A DNA stretch of 45,968 nt, taken from Candidatus Dojkabacteria bacterium. GTDB lineage: Bacteria > Patescibacteriota > Dojkabacteria > JAOAGR01. The position numbers and the translations under genes are program-made. Below, piece after piece: positions 10,205-18,715 of this stretch; position 1 is the first letter of the stretch, and the number at the start of each line of letters is the position of its first letter. The DNA is taken from positions 1 through 45,968 of the forward strand of contig JBMCLJ010000001.1 of the NCBI GenBank assembly GCA_048615375.1. The letters run 5' to 3'. Below the pieces are notes generated by a model that was given only the letters and a program-made list of their open reading frames with translations, ran no database searches and was not told where the DNA came from.

Positions 10205-10428
10205 CGTATTTATGTGGGTATGAATAGAGGAAAATAAATTCATTAGCTCCATTCTACCTTCTACTTTCATTAAAACAGTTGAAAATGAAATTGAATCACT
10301 AAGTTTAAAAAAAGAAAGTTTAAGCGAAGATTTATCAACTGAAAAATATACCCGTTTTGATTTTGGAATCGCCAATTTGTCTCTTCCTGCTAAGGTTTTT
10401 TACACTCAGCAGGGAGAAAATTTATCTG

Positions 10429-10853
10429 TGGTGGAGATGGCGGGAGTCGAACCCGCGTCCGCGCAGTAACTTTTATGCATTCTACAAGCGTAGCAGAGTT
10501 TGGTTACTTCACTATCCTGCAAACTCTGCAAAGTGACAATGAAGGCTTGCCCTGATAATCAGCAGAGCCGGACAAGACTCTCCGCTAATATCCGATTTTT
10601 GTTTAAGGACATCCGCTACACCGGATAACTCGCGATATATCCTTCGCGTTTGAAATGGTTATTCCATCCAATTACGCAGCGAGAGCAACTTGAGTGTTAG
10701 CTCTCATTTTTTCTGCTAAAATTCTTGTTAATTTTGCAGTAAGTGTCTCATTTTCGTTGACATTCTTTTGATGAGCTGTATTCTGGTACGTGTCACAGTC
10801 AAACACGGCTTGCAACATAAAAGTTCACTACACGTCGAAGCCATTACATCCCC
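10429..10853 (-). ncRNA. ssrA: tmRNA (SsrA)
   Basis: On the minus strand the 5' end reads GGGGATGTAATGGCTTCGACG and the 3' end reads GGACGCGGGTTCGACTCCCGCCATCTCCACCA. The acceptor stem has a G3-U pair. An internal tag frame reads GCA GAA AAA ATG AGA GCT AAC ACT CAA GTT GCT CTC GCT GCG TAA, giving AEKMRANTQVALAA. Confidence 0.92.
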
Positions 10854-11212
10854 AGACAATGTATTATAGCATAAAATCATTTTTTTAGTTTGGAAAAAGT
10901 ATTGAACTACTAAGAAGAAAGCTATTGCAGCCGTCAGAAGGAAGTGCAAGTTCTGAGAGCCAGGTTTTAAAAGCGATCGTTGATGCTGAATTGAGATTAG
11001 AATTGTGGAGTCAAACAGTGACTGATTTGTTTCAACGTGAGCAATGGTGCGGTGACCCAGGATTTCTTGGCGCACTCCCTTCAGCTCTTTTTCTGTATAC
11101 ACAACATTTATCAGAATCAGGTTTATTACTTGACAACTGGATGAAACCGTAACTGAGAATCCAAGCGGAGATAAAATTTTCAAAATCTCACACCAAATTG
11201 TATACTATCCCC

Positions 11213-12445
11213 ATGTTCACAGACTATCAATTCACCGTTAAAGATCGATTTCTTAAGTATGTTAGCTTTGGCACAAATTCAGATGAAACGTCTCATACCA
11301 GCCCCTCTACACCGGGACAACTCGCGTTAGCTCATCACCTCGAAAAGGAACTTGGGGATATGGGTATTGCCGACGTACTGCTCGATGAGCATGGATATGT
11401 CTATGGAAAACTTCCGGCGAATACCGATAAAAAAACAGATGCCATCGGATTCCTCGCTCACCTTGATACCTCATCCGCCGTCAATGGCGATAACATCAAG
11501 CCTATCGTCCATGAAAACTTCAACGGTGCAGAAATCACTTTACCAGGAGACCCGGAACAGGTCATCACCCATAAAGACTCTCCAGAACTCAAAGCAATGA
11601 AAGGCTGCACAATCATTACCTCAGATGGCACATCCCTCCTTGGCGCTGATGATAAATGCGGAGTAGCCGCGATAATGGATGCTCTCCATTATCTCTCGAC
11701 ACATCCGGAAGTCCAACATGGTGATATTTATGTTTGTTTCAACCCGGATGAAGAAATAGCAAAAGGTGTTGAACATATTAACCTTACGCGTTTTTCACCT
11801 GCTAACGCGTTTACCTTGGACGGACCAGGCAAAGGCTTCATCGAATCAGAGTCATTCAGCGCGGATCGCATGACGATCACATTCCACGGTAGAAATATAC
11901 ACCCAGGCTACGCGAAAGGGATTATGGTGAACTCAATTAAGCCAGCATCGCGTTTTATCGACTCGTTACCATCTGACACCCTCTCACCGGAAACTACTGA
12001 AGGGCGCGAAGGCTATGTGCACTGCGTGTCGTGTAGCGGCAATGAAGAACAAACAACTCTTGAATTCATTATTCGTGACTTTGACACAGGAAATCTTGCT
12101 CAACACGAAGCGTTACTGGAAACACTCGCGAATGAAGCTGCTAAAGCATTCCCTGGCAGTTCATGTACCACTCAAGTCCATGAACAATACCGCAATATGA
12201 GGGAAGTTGTCGATCAATATCCGGAAATTTTACGAAAAGCAGAACAAGCAATGCGAGCGCTCGGCCTGAAACCAGAGTATAAATTTATACGAGGAGGCAC
12301 TGATGGATCTCACCTGTCATTTATGGGTATCCCTACCCCAAATCTCTCTTCAGGACAACACAGCATCCACGCCAAAACCGAGTGGGCATGTGTAGAAGAA
12401 ATGGAAATCGCGGTACAGGTGATTGTGGGGATCTGCAAAATTTAG
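11213..12445 (+). CDS. pepT: Peptidase T (tripeptide aminopeptidase, M20B)
   Basis: Similar to PepT along its whole length (FLKYVSF, IGFLAHLDTS, LLGADDKCGVAAIM, FNPDEEI, IRGGTDGSHLSFMGIPTPN). The track ORF starts at a TTG at 11198. The first ATG is at 11213. Confidence 0.9.
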   Translation: MFTDYQFTVKDRFLKYVSFGTNSDETSHTSPSTPGQLALAHHLEKELGDMGIADVLLDEHGYVYGKLPANTDKKTDAIGFLAHLDTSSAVNGDNIKPIVHENFNGAEITLPGDPEQVITHKDSPELKAMKGCTIITSDGTSLLGADDKCGVAAIMDALHYLSTHPEVQHGDIYVCFNPDEEIAKGVEHINLTRFSPANAFTLDGPGKGFIESESFSADRMTITFHGRNIHPGYAKGIMVNSIKPASRFIDSLPSDTLSPETTEGREGYVHCVSCSGNEEQTTLEFIIRDFDTGNLAQHEALLETLANEAAKAFPGSSCTTQVHEQYRNMREVVDQYPEILRKAEQAMRALGLKPEYKFIRGGTDGSHLSFMGIPTPNLSSGQHSIHAKTEWACVEEMEIAVQVIVGICKI

Positions 12446-12541
12446 ATCGATTTACCAGCTCAATAGACGAAACTTAGTTTAAAAGATATTTTCAGCACAT
12501 CACTAAGTAGGATATTTTGTGTATTTCTATTACAATAACCC

Positions 12542-12997
12542 ATGGAACTTACCCACATTAAGTCGGATATTATCAGGAAATACACGGAACATAAACAGTT
12601 TTTGTCTGGAATAGACTTTTTTTCCAACATAACTGGTACCGAGCACTTCTCTTTCCGTACTTCACAACAAGGGTATCGTTACCTGAAAGGAAAAGGTCTT
12701 CATATCGTGGAAGAACGTGTGTCCGCGGGTAGAATGGCTATTATCATCGAAATCGACACTATCAAGCTCGATGATTTCACTCTCAATAAAATAGAAATCG
12801 TCCAGGATATTGAAGTAAAAGTTGATAAGCTCTACTTTCTTTCAGGAGCATATACAACCAGACCTGAATTCCATACACGTAATCAACTCGGTCAGAAAGA
12901 TATTTCAATTTTTGACATCAAAAAGACCGTACATCATTTAATTTTCCGCATTCAGACAGGCAATAATGAGTTTATTGAATGTATGACGATCGCGTAG
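12542..12997 (+). CDS. Hypothetical protein
   Basis: 151-aa ORF with no motif recognised. Confidence 0.45.
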   Translation: MELTHIKSDIIRKYTEHKQFLSGIDFFSNITGTEHFSFRTSQQGYRYLKGKGLHIVEERVSAGRMAIIIEIDTIKLDDFTLNKIEIVQDIEVKVDKLYFLSGAYTTRPEFHTRNQLGQKDISIFDIKKTVHHLIFRIQTGNNEFIECMTIA

Positions 12998-13323
12998 CGT
13001 TCATTTTTTGATTCATCCCCTCCATACTGCCAGATCAGCTAATCCTATAATTAGTATTTTCAACATTTCTCTCACTCTTGCCAACAGAATAAGATTGCGC
13101 AGGTATATAGTTCACCGCTCCTATCACAATTAGTACGTCTATAGGATCTGTATCTGCAATGCCTCATTCTCTTTTCCACACATAGTTCTGTCAATTCCAG
13201 AAAGACAATCGACTTAAAATCACCACCCGGGACGTCGCAGTTGAAGCGAACGAATACTTATATAGCTATAGAATGGCATTATTTCACAATACAACCCCAT
13301 AGTAAGTGTGCTATCGTGAACGC

Positions 13324-13352
13324 TTGACATTTTCCACATCGCATTGTATTAT
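13324..13352 (+). promoter_or_regulatory. Sigma70-type promoter (TTGACA-17-TATTAT)
   Basis: The -35 hexamer TTGACA is at 13324-13329, the spacer is 17 nt, and the -10 hexamer TATTAT is at 13347-13352. It lies inside a gene-free region. Confidence 0.45.
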
Positions 13353-13414
13353 ATTACATAAGCTCTTATACATTATTAGGAAGGGAAGTTTAGAAAGGAT
13401 CAAGTTTATAGGAT

Positions 13415-13443
13415 TTGACAACCTGCTGAATATGGGATACAAT
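13415..13443 (+). promoter_or_regulatory. Sigma70-type promoter (TTGACA-17-TACAAT)
   Basis: The -35 hexamer TTGACA is at 13415-13420, the spacer is 17 nt, and the -10 hexamer TACAAT is at 13438-13443. It sits about 40 nt upstream of the first conserved hairpin. Confidence 0.5.
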
Positions 13444-13496
13444 AGTACTGTAATTCGCTCTTACTAATTAATAGGTAAACAAATGATCCCAGATCC

Positions 13497-13528
13497 CCAA
13501 GTCTGGTTCGGTAAAAGAAGCCTACTGG
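13497..13528 (+). repeat. 32-nt exact direct repeat, copy 1
   Basis: Identical to 13677-13708, offset by exactly 180 nt. Confidence 0.95.
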
Positions 13529-13676
13529 GCTTAGGGATTTGGGATCATATACCAATTGTCGACAACGGTGATATTTCCTGACACATTCGGGACATGCCAC
13601 CGGGGTCGGTCGGGGCAGTGCCGATCCCCAAAAAAAATACAATTGGGCAGTTTACAAGGTCGGGGAAACCCGCCTT

Positions 13677-13708
13677 CCAAGTCTGGTTCGGTAAAAGAAG
13701 CCTACTGG
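13677..13708 (+). repeat. 32-nt exact direct repeat, copy 2
   Basis: Identical to 13497-13528. Confidence 0.95.
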
Positions 13709-14104
13709 ACTCAGGAGGCGGGTTTTCTCACTTTTTATAACCCACATAACCCGTATAAACCCTCACACGACTCTCACTTTCCTCAGTTCCAAGAAATAAT
13801 AACAAAACTCTATTAAGAGCCATAACATAAATAGAGAAAGATTGTGGTACGAAGAAGCCCTTCAAACATCTTCAATGGACGAGCGATATACTATTACCTC
13901 ACAACAATAACAATATAGCTTTTATACAAGCACTATGAACATAGAACTGATCTTCTCATAACAACCAGAAGTTATAATTAGGTGCAGTTCTGGAAAACTC
14001 CAGACTACTACCTGTTCACCGTAGCTTTACTCGAAGGAGAAAAGAAAGTTTTTAATTGATTTTACAATAACGGTTTTGATTAAGCGTCCTTTATGCCTTC
14101 ATTC

Positions 14105-14134
14105 TGTCATGAGATTGTCATGATAATGTCATCA
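14105..14134 (+). promoter_or_regulatory. Three tandem TGTCAT(G/C)A boxes at 11-bp phasing upstream of the 14164 gene
   Basis: TGTCATGA at 14105, TGTCATGA at 14116 and TGTCATCA at 14127. The last box ends about 30 nt before the start codon. Confidence 0.35.
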
Positions 14135-14163
14135 AAACCTCCTGTAGCACAACTTTTTGCAAT

Positions 14164-14766
14164 ATGCTACATTATCACATGACACAAAAAGTACGCATTC
14201 TCCTGAGTCTGGTTCTCTTCGCTGGTACCATAATCTCCCTGCTCTACCTCGTTGGCAAAGGTACCGCGAAAGAACAAGAGATCCTGGAAAGTGACCGGGT
14301 AGCAAATCTGGAAACAGAGCTCAAGGAAGTACAAAACGAGTTGCAAACAAAAAAGCAGGAAGTAGCAATCCTTGAAAGCAAATTACAAAAAAAAGAAACT
14401 GAAGCCAGCAACGCGAAATCCTTTATCAATGATGAAAAAAACGCGAACCTGCCAAAGATCTACGAAGCGTGCGTAAACAATAAGGCACAGACCAAACCAT
14501 CGTCCATGAACGAGAACGACTACCTTCGTTACACCACCTCACTGCTTGTCAGCAAACCAGATGTAAAAGCGTACCTCGAAGAAGAAATTTCTCCAAAAAA
14601 GAGACGTCTGGCTCAGATTCAGGAAGTTAAAGACAATGTTGTGAAATTCGCTATACTTGAAGTATCCGTTACGGAGATTTTTCCCGAATGCAAAAGCACT
14701 ACTCTGATCCACAAAACCTTCGACTACAATCTTCAGACCCTCACCATAACAGAGACGACACCGTAG
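14164..14766 (+). CDS. Membrane-anchored coiled-coil protein
   Basis: 200 aa with an N-terminal TM helix (ILLSLVLFAGTIISLLYLV) followed by a heptad-like E/K/Q-rich segment. Confidence 0.55.
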   Translation: MLHYHMTQKVRILLSLVLFAGTIISLLYLVGKGTAKEQEILESDRVANLETELKEVQNELQTKKQEVAILESKLQKKETEASNAKSFINDEKNANLPKIYEACVNNKAQTKPSSMNENDYLRYTTSLLVSKPDVKAYLEEEISPKKRRLAQIQEVKDNVVKFAILEVSVTEIFPECKSTTLIHKTFDYNLQTLTITETTP

Positions 14767-15015
14767 AAAAATTGGTGAATGTGCCAATACGTAAAAATGA
14801 CAACAAGACCGCGCAGTAATGCATAAGATCCTCGAAATGCCGGCACATCAGAAATTTGCGGAAAAGTATAAAAATCTGCTAAACTCCCCACGGTTGAATA
14901 TACCAGTATGGAAATATAGCAATGTGCCGATGACCTGAGGAATGACCATAGTTTATGTCTACCCCGCCAGGTAATTGACATATTCACCTATTGGAAAATT
15001 CACCCATTTATGCAC

Positions 15016-15091
15016 GCCGGTGTAGCTCAGTTGGTAGAGCAGCGGTTTTGTAAACCGCGGGTCGGGGGTTCAAGTCCCTTCGCCGGCTCCA
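15016..15091 (+). tRNA. tRNA-Thr (anticodon UGU)
   Basis: 76-nt cloverleaf, folded by hand. The acceptor is GCCGGTG/CGCCGGC, the anticodon loop is TT-TGT-AA, the T-loop is TTCAAGT, and CCA is encoded. Confidence 0.9.
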
Positions 15092-15223
15092 GATAAGTGT
15101 TTTAGACTTTTATACTCATTTTTCCGTTAAGAGATTAGTCCTCCCCAAAGATATTTATTAAAGCTTGCATTCTTGATTATCAATTGCGGTATGTTGTATT
15201 TTCTGAGAAATGAATTATGATGA

Positions 15224-16240
15224 TTGAGTTTGTCGGGACACAAGTTTATAAAACGCTTTCGCGCTCCGGACTCACACATTCCCGTGAGCCAGAAAATCCA
15301 CTTGTATAAAATCAATTCACGTTATGGTTTAAAGTACCTTCCAATTCATGGTCACGAATTAAATATTGGCGTTGAACACGGACCAGACGCGGTATTGAGC
15401 CAGCAGTTTCTCAAGGAGTTGTCAGAATTACCGCATCTCCATTCCTATGACTTTCCCTTGCCTGAAGATGTGGAGGACGAGATGTACTTTGCAGAGTTCG
15501 CGAAGCACTCCCGGGAATGCGCTGATCTGATAACCAAAACATTAGAGCCAGGTGAGACCCAGGTAGTTGTTGGAGGGGATCACAGTGTAGGTTTTTCCGC
15601 GATTCTTGCGGATTTGCAACGTTTTCCAGCGGACAGGATCGGAATTATCCAGTTTGACTCACACGCGGATATAAATTCGATAAGCTCAAGCCCGACCGGA
15701 AATATTCATGGGATGTTTTTGCGACCGTTTTTAGCAGCATTTGATAATAAAACTATTGCACGACTTATACCCAGGCCCATCCCAACACAAAACCTTCTCT
15801 ACATAGGAAACCTCGAACCAGACCCGGAGGAGCTGAAATTCATCAAAGAGCATTCAATTCCAGTTTTTGGGAGAGCAGCACTAAGAAATAACTTTAACGA
15901 TGTTCAGACAACTATTGCAAATCTTCTCAGCCGTATCGACCACCTGCATATCAGCTTTGACGTTGATATCTTCCACAGAGATCTGGTTTCCGCGACCGGC
16001 ACACCAGCGCTGGACGGATTAAAGCTTGAGGAAGTATTCGCCACCTTCCCACTTATACAAGACTTCCCCTCCAAGTCCATTGACCTGGTAGAGGTGAATC
16101 CGGGTAAGCTGGCATCAACTCAAACAGTGGCAATAGCGCAATTGGTTTTAACAAAGTTGCTATGTGCAATTAGTAAAAAAAAGCAATTCCAGATGCAACA
16201 TACCATTACTGTGTCAGATAGCAAATTCTGCAATCTTTAA
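15224..16240 (+). CDS. Arginase-family ureohydrolase (arginase/agmatinase/formiminoglutamase-like)
   Basis: The Mn-ligand motifs GGDHSV, DSHADIN and SFDVDIF are present. The start is uncertain: the track uses a TTG at 15224, and there is no in-frame ATG until much later. Confidence 0.8.
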   Translation: MSLSGHKFIKRFRAPDSHIPVSQKIHLYKINSRYGLKYLPIHGHELNIGVEHGPDAVLSQQFLKELSELPHLHSYDFPLPEDVEDEMYFAEFAKHSRECADLITKTLEPGETQVVVGGDHSVGFSAILADLQRFPADRIGIIQFDSHADINSISSSPTGNIHGMFLRPFLAAFDNKTIARLIPRPIPTQNLLYIGNLEPDPEELKFIKEHSIPVFGRAALRNNFNDVQTTIANLLSRIDHLHISFDVDIFHRDLVSATGTPALDGLKLEEVFATFPLIQDFPSKSIDLVEVNPGKLASTQTVAIAQLVLTKLLCAISKKKQFQMQHTITVSDSKFCNL

Positions 16241-16257
16241 AAGTAAAATAATTATAT

Positions 16258-17157
16258 TTACTTGAAAAAAGATGTTGTAGCAACAGAGGTGCTAGTACAA
16301 TCATATCCATCAGGAGTCTCTCCCGCATTTACCATAGCTATAACAACCAAACTACCGTCCTCAAGTGTAACAAGTATAGGTGCACCACTGTCACCTGTGC
16401 AGACCGTAGGAGGCACATCCAGTCCTTCAGGAAAGAGAAAATTTACAAGAAAAAATAATGGCGCATTAGGGAATTCGTAATCAGGCTGCCTCTCTTGTAC
16501 AAGAGAAGATTGATTAACCACTAAAATCTTTGTTCCGTTTAAAAAAGTTTCAGGATCTGGAGCGGTGTGCAAAACTGCGTTATTAGTAGTTAATTGTGTA
16601 CCTTCTGGAACTACGAGCAAAGGCGACATACTTGAAACTACCTGAGAATCATTCCCCATTTCTTGAGAACAGAGAACTGGTTCCTGTCCGTCTGGCGCTC
16701 TAAACGTTTCGAATGTACCAAGTACTCTATTATCAAATCTCAGTAGATCAGGTTGACCGTCAATAACCACTCCCACAGCTAACTGAACTGAACTCATCCT
16801 CCCTTCTGCATCATACTCGTTCATCGCTGCCTCCATTGATGTTAAAACATGTGCTTGAGTACATAAACCCTGACCTTCCAGGTAAGTTACCGTACCATAC
16901 ATACGCAACCCTCTTTCTTCTGCTATTAAGAGTTTAGCCATATGCCTTCCGAAGTCATTAGAAAAGTAATTCGACACCTCAGCCGCCTCCTGCCCTGCAC
17001 CTCCACTACCACAGGCGCAAAGTAATAAACCTGTACATAACAGCTTGGATAGAACTATCCCCCCTCTTGGTGGAGAAGTGCGATCTGGAATTTCCCACGT
17101 TAACTGAGAAGCATTCCATAGAGAACCCTCAGGTGTATCTCCATAAATATTCGCCAT
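16258..17157 (-). CDS. Secreted trypsin-like (S1) serine protease, possible lipoprotein
   Basis: Contains GDSGAP (the catalytic Ser motif) and QAHVLTS (a His motif). The N-terminal hydrophobic segment is Cys-rich (LLCTGLLLCACGSG). Confidence 0.65.
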   Translation of the reverse strand: MANIYGDTPEGSLWNASQLTWEIPDRTSPPRGGIVLSKLLCTGLLLCACGSGGAGQEAAEVSNYFSNDFGRHMAKLLIAEERGLRMYGTVTYLEGQGLCTQAHVLTSMEAAMNEYDAEGRMSSVQLAVGVVIDGQPDLLRFDNRVLGTFETFRAPDGQEPVLCSQEMGNDSQVVSSMSPLLVVPEGTQLTTNNAVLHTAPDPETFLNGTKILVVNQSSLVQERQPDYEFPNAPLFFLVNFLFPEGLDVPPTVCTGDSGAPILVTLEDGSLVVIAMVNAGETPDGYDCTSTSVATTSFFK

Positions 17158-17251
17158 GATAACAATTCTACCACATTTTTGATAAAAAAATGCCTGAGCT
17201 TGAAGTACTAGTAATTTTCATAATTACCCTCAAAAATCGAAAAGTGAAGGA

Positions 17252-17327
<76 letters not shown>

Positions 17328-17451
17328 AGAAATGAATCTGCCAATATGTACATAAACCAATGTGCCAATAACCTACGGGATTCTCAAGGTTCTTGCCTGC
17401 CTCGTCAGGTAATTGACATATTCACACAGTGGCACATTCACAAATTCAATA

Positions 17452-17538
17452 TGGTGCAAGCGGGAGGATTTGAACCTCCGTAGGCATTCTGCCGCCAGAT
17501 TTACAGTCTGGTGCGTTTGACCACTCCGCCACACTTGC
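17452..17538 (-). tRNA. tRNA-Tyr (anticodon GUA), class II with long variable arm
   Basis: 87 nt on the minus strand. The anticodon loop is CT-GTA-AA, the variable arm is GGCAGAATGCC, the T-loop is TTCAAAT, and CCA is encoded. Confidence 0.9.
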
Positions 17539-17661
17539 ATAGGTATTAAGAACTGATTACATTGCAAAGAATACATCCACTCTGCAAGTAAATCAACAAG
17601 GGATTGTACATTGAATTCAGCTTCAGGGCAAATAGAGTATCAGACTTTGTATACAGGATAG

Positions 17662-17690
17662 TTTACAGGTGGTGGTTTAGATTGTATACT
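17662..17690 (+). promoter_or_regulatory. Candidate promoter of rpmG (TTTACA-17-TATACT)
   Basis: TTTACA is at 17662-17667, the spacer is 17 nt, and TATACT is at 17685-17690. The -10 hexamer ends about 30 nt upstream of the L33 start. Confidence 0.4.
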
Positions 17691-17721
17691 CCCTTTACAA
17701 AGTAATTCACTCATTATTATC

Positions 17722-17892
17722 ATGGCTGGAAAAAAAGGAAAAGGCAAAAAAAGGCTCATAAAACTGGTAAACAAAGAAACTGGTTTTGTTTACTGGACAT
17801 ACAAAAACCCGAAACTCGAAAAAAAACTCGAGCTTATGAAGTATGACCCGAAAAAACGACAGCATACAAAGTTTGTCGAACAAAAAGCGTAA
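17722..17892 (+). CDS. rpmG: 50S ribosomal protein L33 (Cys-less form)
   Basis: A 56-aa ORF below the track threshold: MAGKKGKGKKRLIKLVNKETGFVYWTYKNPKLEKKLELMKYDPKKRQHTKFVEQKA. It fits the L33 pattern (Y.T.KN...LEL.KY.P..R.HT), but both CxxC pairs are replaced. Confidence 0.8.
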   Translation: MAGKKGKGKKRLIKLVNKETGFVYWTYKNPKLEKKLELMKYDPKKRQHTKFVEQKA

Positions 17893-17921
17893 GTTCACAC
17901 AGTTAGTAGTGTGCATTACTA

Positions 17922-17950
17922 AAAAGTCCCTGTTACGTACAGGGACTTTT
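17922..17950 (+). terminator. Intrinsic terminator after rpmG
   Basis: AAAAGTCCCTGT-TACGT-ACAGGGACTTTT, an 8-bp G/C-containing stem flanked by A and T runs. Confidence 0.65.
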
Positions 17951-17990
17951 ACATTATTGTGTAATATACTAGATAGATTTATTCTACACC

Positions 17991-18692
17991 ATGGATATCC
18001 ACGAGAAGCAAAAGCTGGTTACAATGTTAGACACTTCCTGGAAACCACAATCAGAACACTATAAGGAACGAATCAAGGATCTCGTCACCGGTACCACGGT
18101 TATCCTCGACATTGGTTGTGGCAGAACAGATTTTATGGCTGATGTATTCAAAGAAGCGAAGCATGTCATTGGCCAGGATCCGGATGAATCTGCAATCCTG
18201 GAGAACCCCTGCATTGATCAAAAAATTATTGGTGACTTTGAATCCCTTGACCAGTTGGAAGATGGATCAATAGACTTGATTATCTCAGCCTGGACACTAG
18301 AACATCTTGAGCATCCTGAAGCTATGTTTGCACAGACACATAGACTCCTCAAGGTCGGCGGATCACTCATAGCTCTCACACCAAATAAAAATTCACTTAT
18401 CACATATGTCAGCCGAATAATCCCTAACAAGTTTCAAGCGAAACTTGTAAAACAGTTTTGGGGACGCGAAGAACACAATACGTATCCAGCACATTATCTC
18501 GCTAATTCCATTACATCAATAAAGAAACTCACGCATTTGTTCAGTTTAACTATCCATAAAATCTCACTCCTCAAAGATCCCACCTACTACATGCTCCACC
18601 CTTCCCTGGCAAAACCAGTTCACGCTCTGCATAAACATCTTATCCCCAGGAAGATGAGTGAAGGATTGCTGGTACATATAAAGAAACTGTAG
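17991..18692 (+). CDS. Class I SAM-dependent methyltransferase
   Basis: Motif I is VILDIGCGRTD, followed by IDLIISAWTLEHL and LKVGGSLI. Confidence 0.75.
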   Translation: MDIHEKQKLVTMLDTSWKPQSEHYKERIKDLVTGTTVILDIGCGRTDFMADVFKEAKHVIGQDPDESAILENPCIDQKIIGDFESLDQLEDGSIDLIISAWTLEHLEHPEAMFAQTHRLLKVGGSLIALTPNKNSLITYVSRIIPNKFQAKLVKQFWGREEHNTYPAHYLANSITSIKKLTHLFSLTIHKISLLKDPTYYMLHPSLAKPVHALHKHLIPRKMSEGLLVHIKKL

Positions 18693-18715
18693 GATGATAA
18701 GTACTGCCATAACAC

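Larger units (their letters stand above)
13450..13737 (+). ncRNA. Candidate structured non-coding RNA (unknown family) with two paralogous hairpins
   Basis: Hairpin 1 (13485-13546) has a 13-bp basal stem. Hairpin 2 (13666-13725) has a 10-11-bp basal stem followed by TTTTCTCACTTTTT. Both enclose the identical 32-nt module CCAAGTCTGGTTCGGTAAAAGAAGCCTACTGG. A consensus promoter lies upstream, and the ORFs on the track here are short and mutually overlapping. Confidence 0.4.

Noticed and set aside
10728-11183. A 151-aa minus-strand ORF, and the 75-aa plus-strand ORF at 10925..11152.
   Set aside because: The 151-aa ORF overlaps the 5' end of the tmRNA gene. Its remainder and the 75-aa ORF lie in the ssrA-pepT intergenic region. 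Both are low-complexity translations with no motifs.
13497-13708. The two identical 32-nt repeats could be a minimal CRISPR array.
   Set aside because: There are only two copies, and the spacer of 148 nt is far too long. Each repeat is embedded in its own long hairpin with non-identical flanks. No cas genes are in the window.
13485-13737. The hairpin module might be SRP RNA helix 8 or part of RNase P RNA. GTCTGGTTCGG..AAGAAGCC loosely resembles GTCAGGTCCGGAAGGAAGCAGC.
   Set aside because: The module is present twice and lacks a GNRA-type tetraloop in the right place. The surrounding sequence has none of the RNase P (GAGGAAAGTCC) or SRP flanking signatures. The resemblance is too weak.
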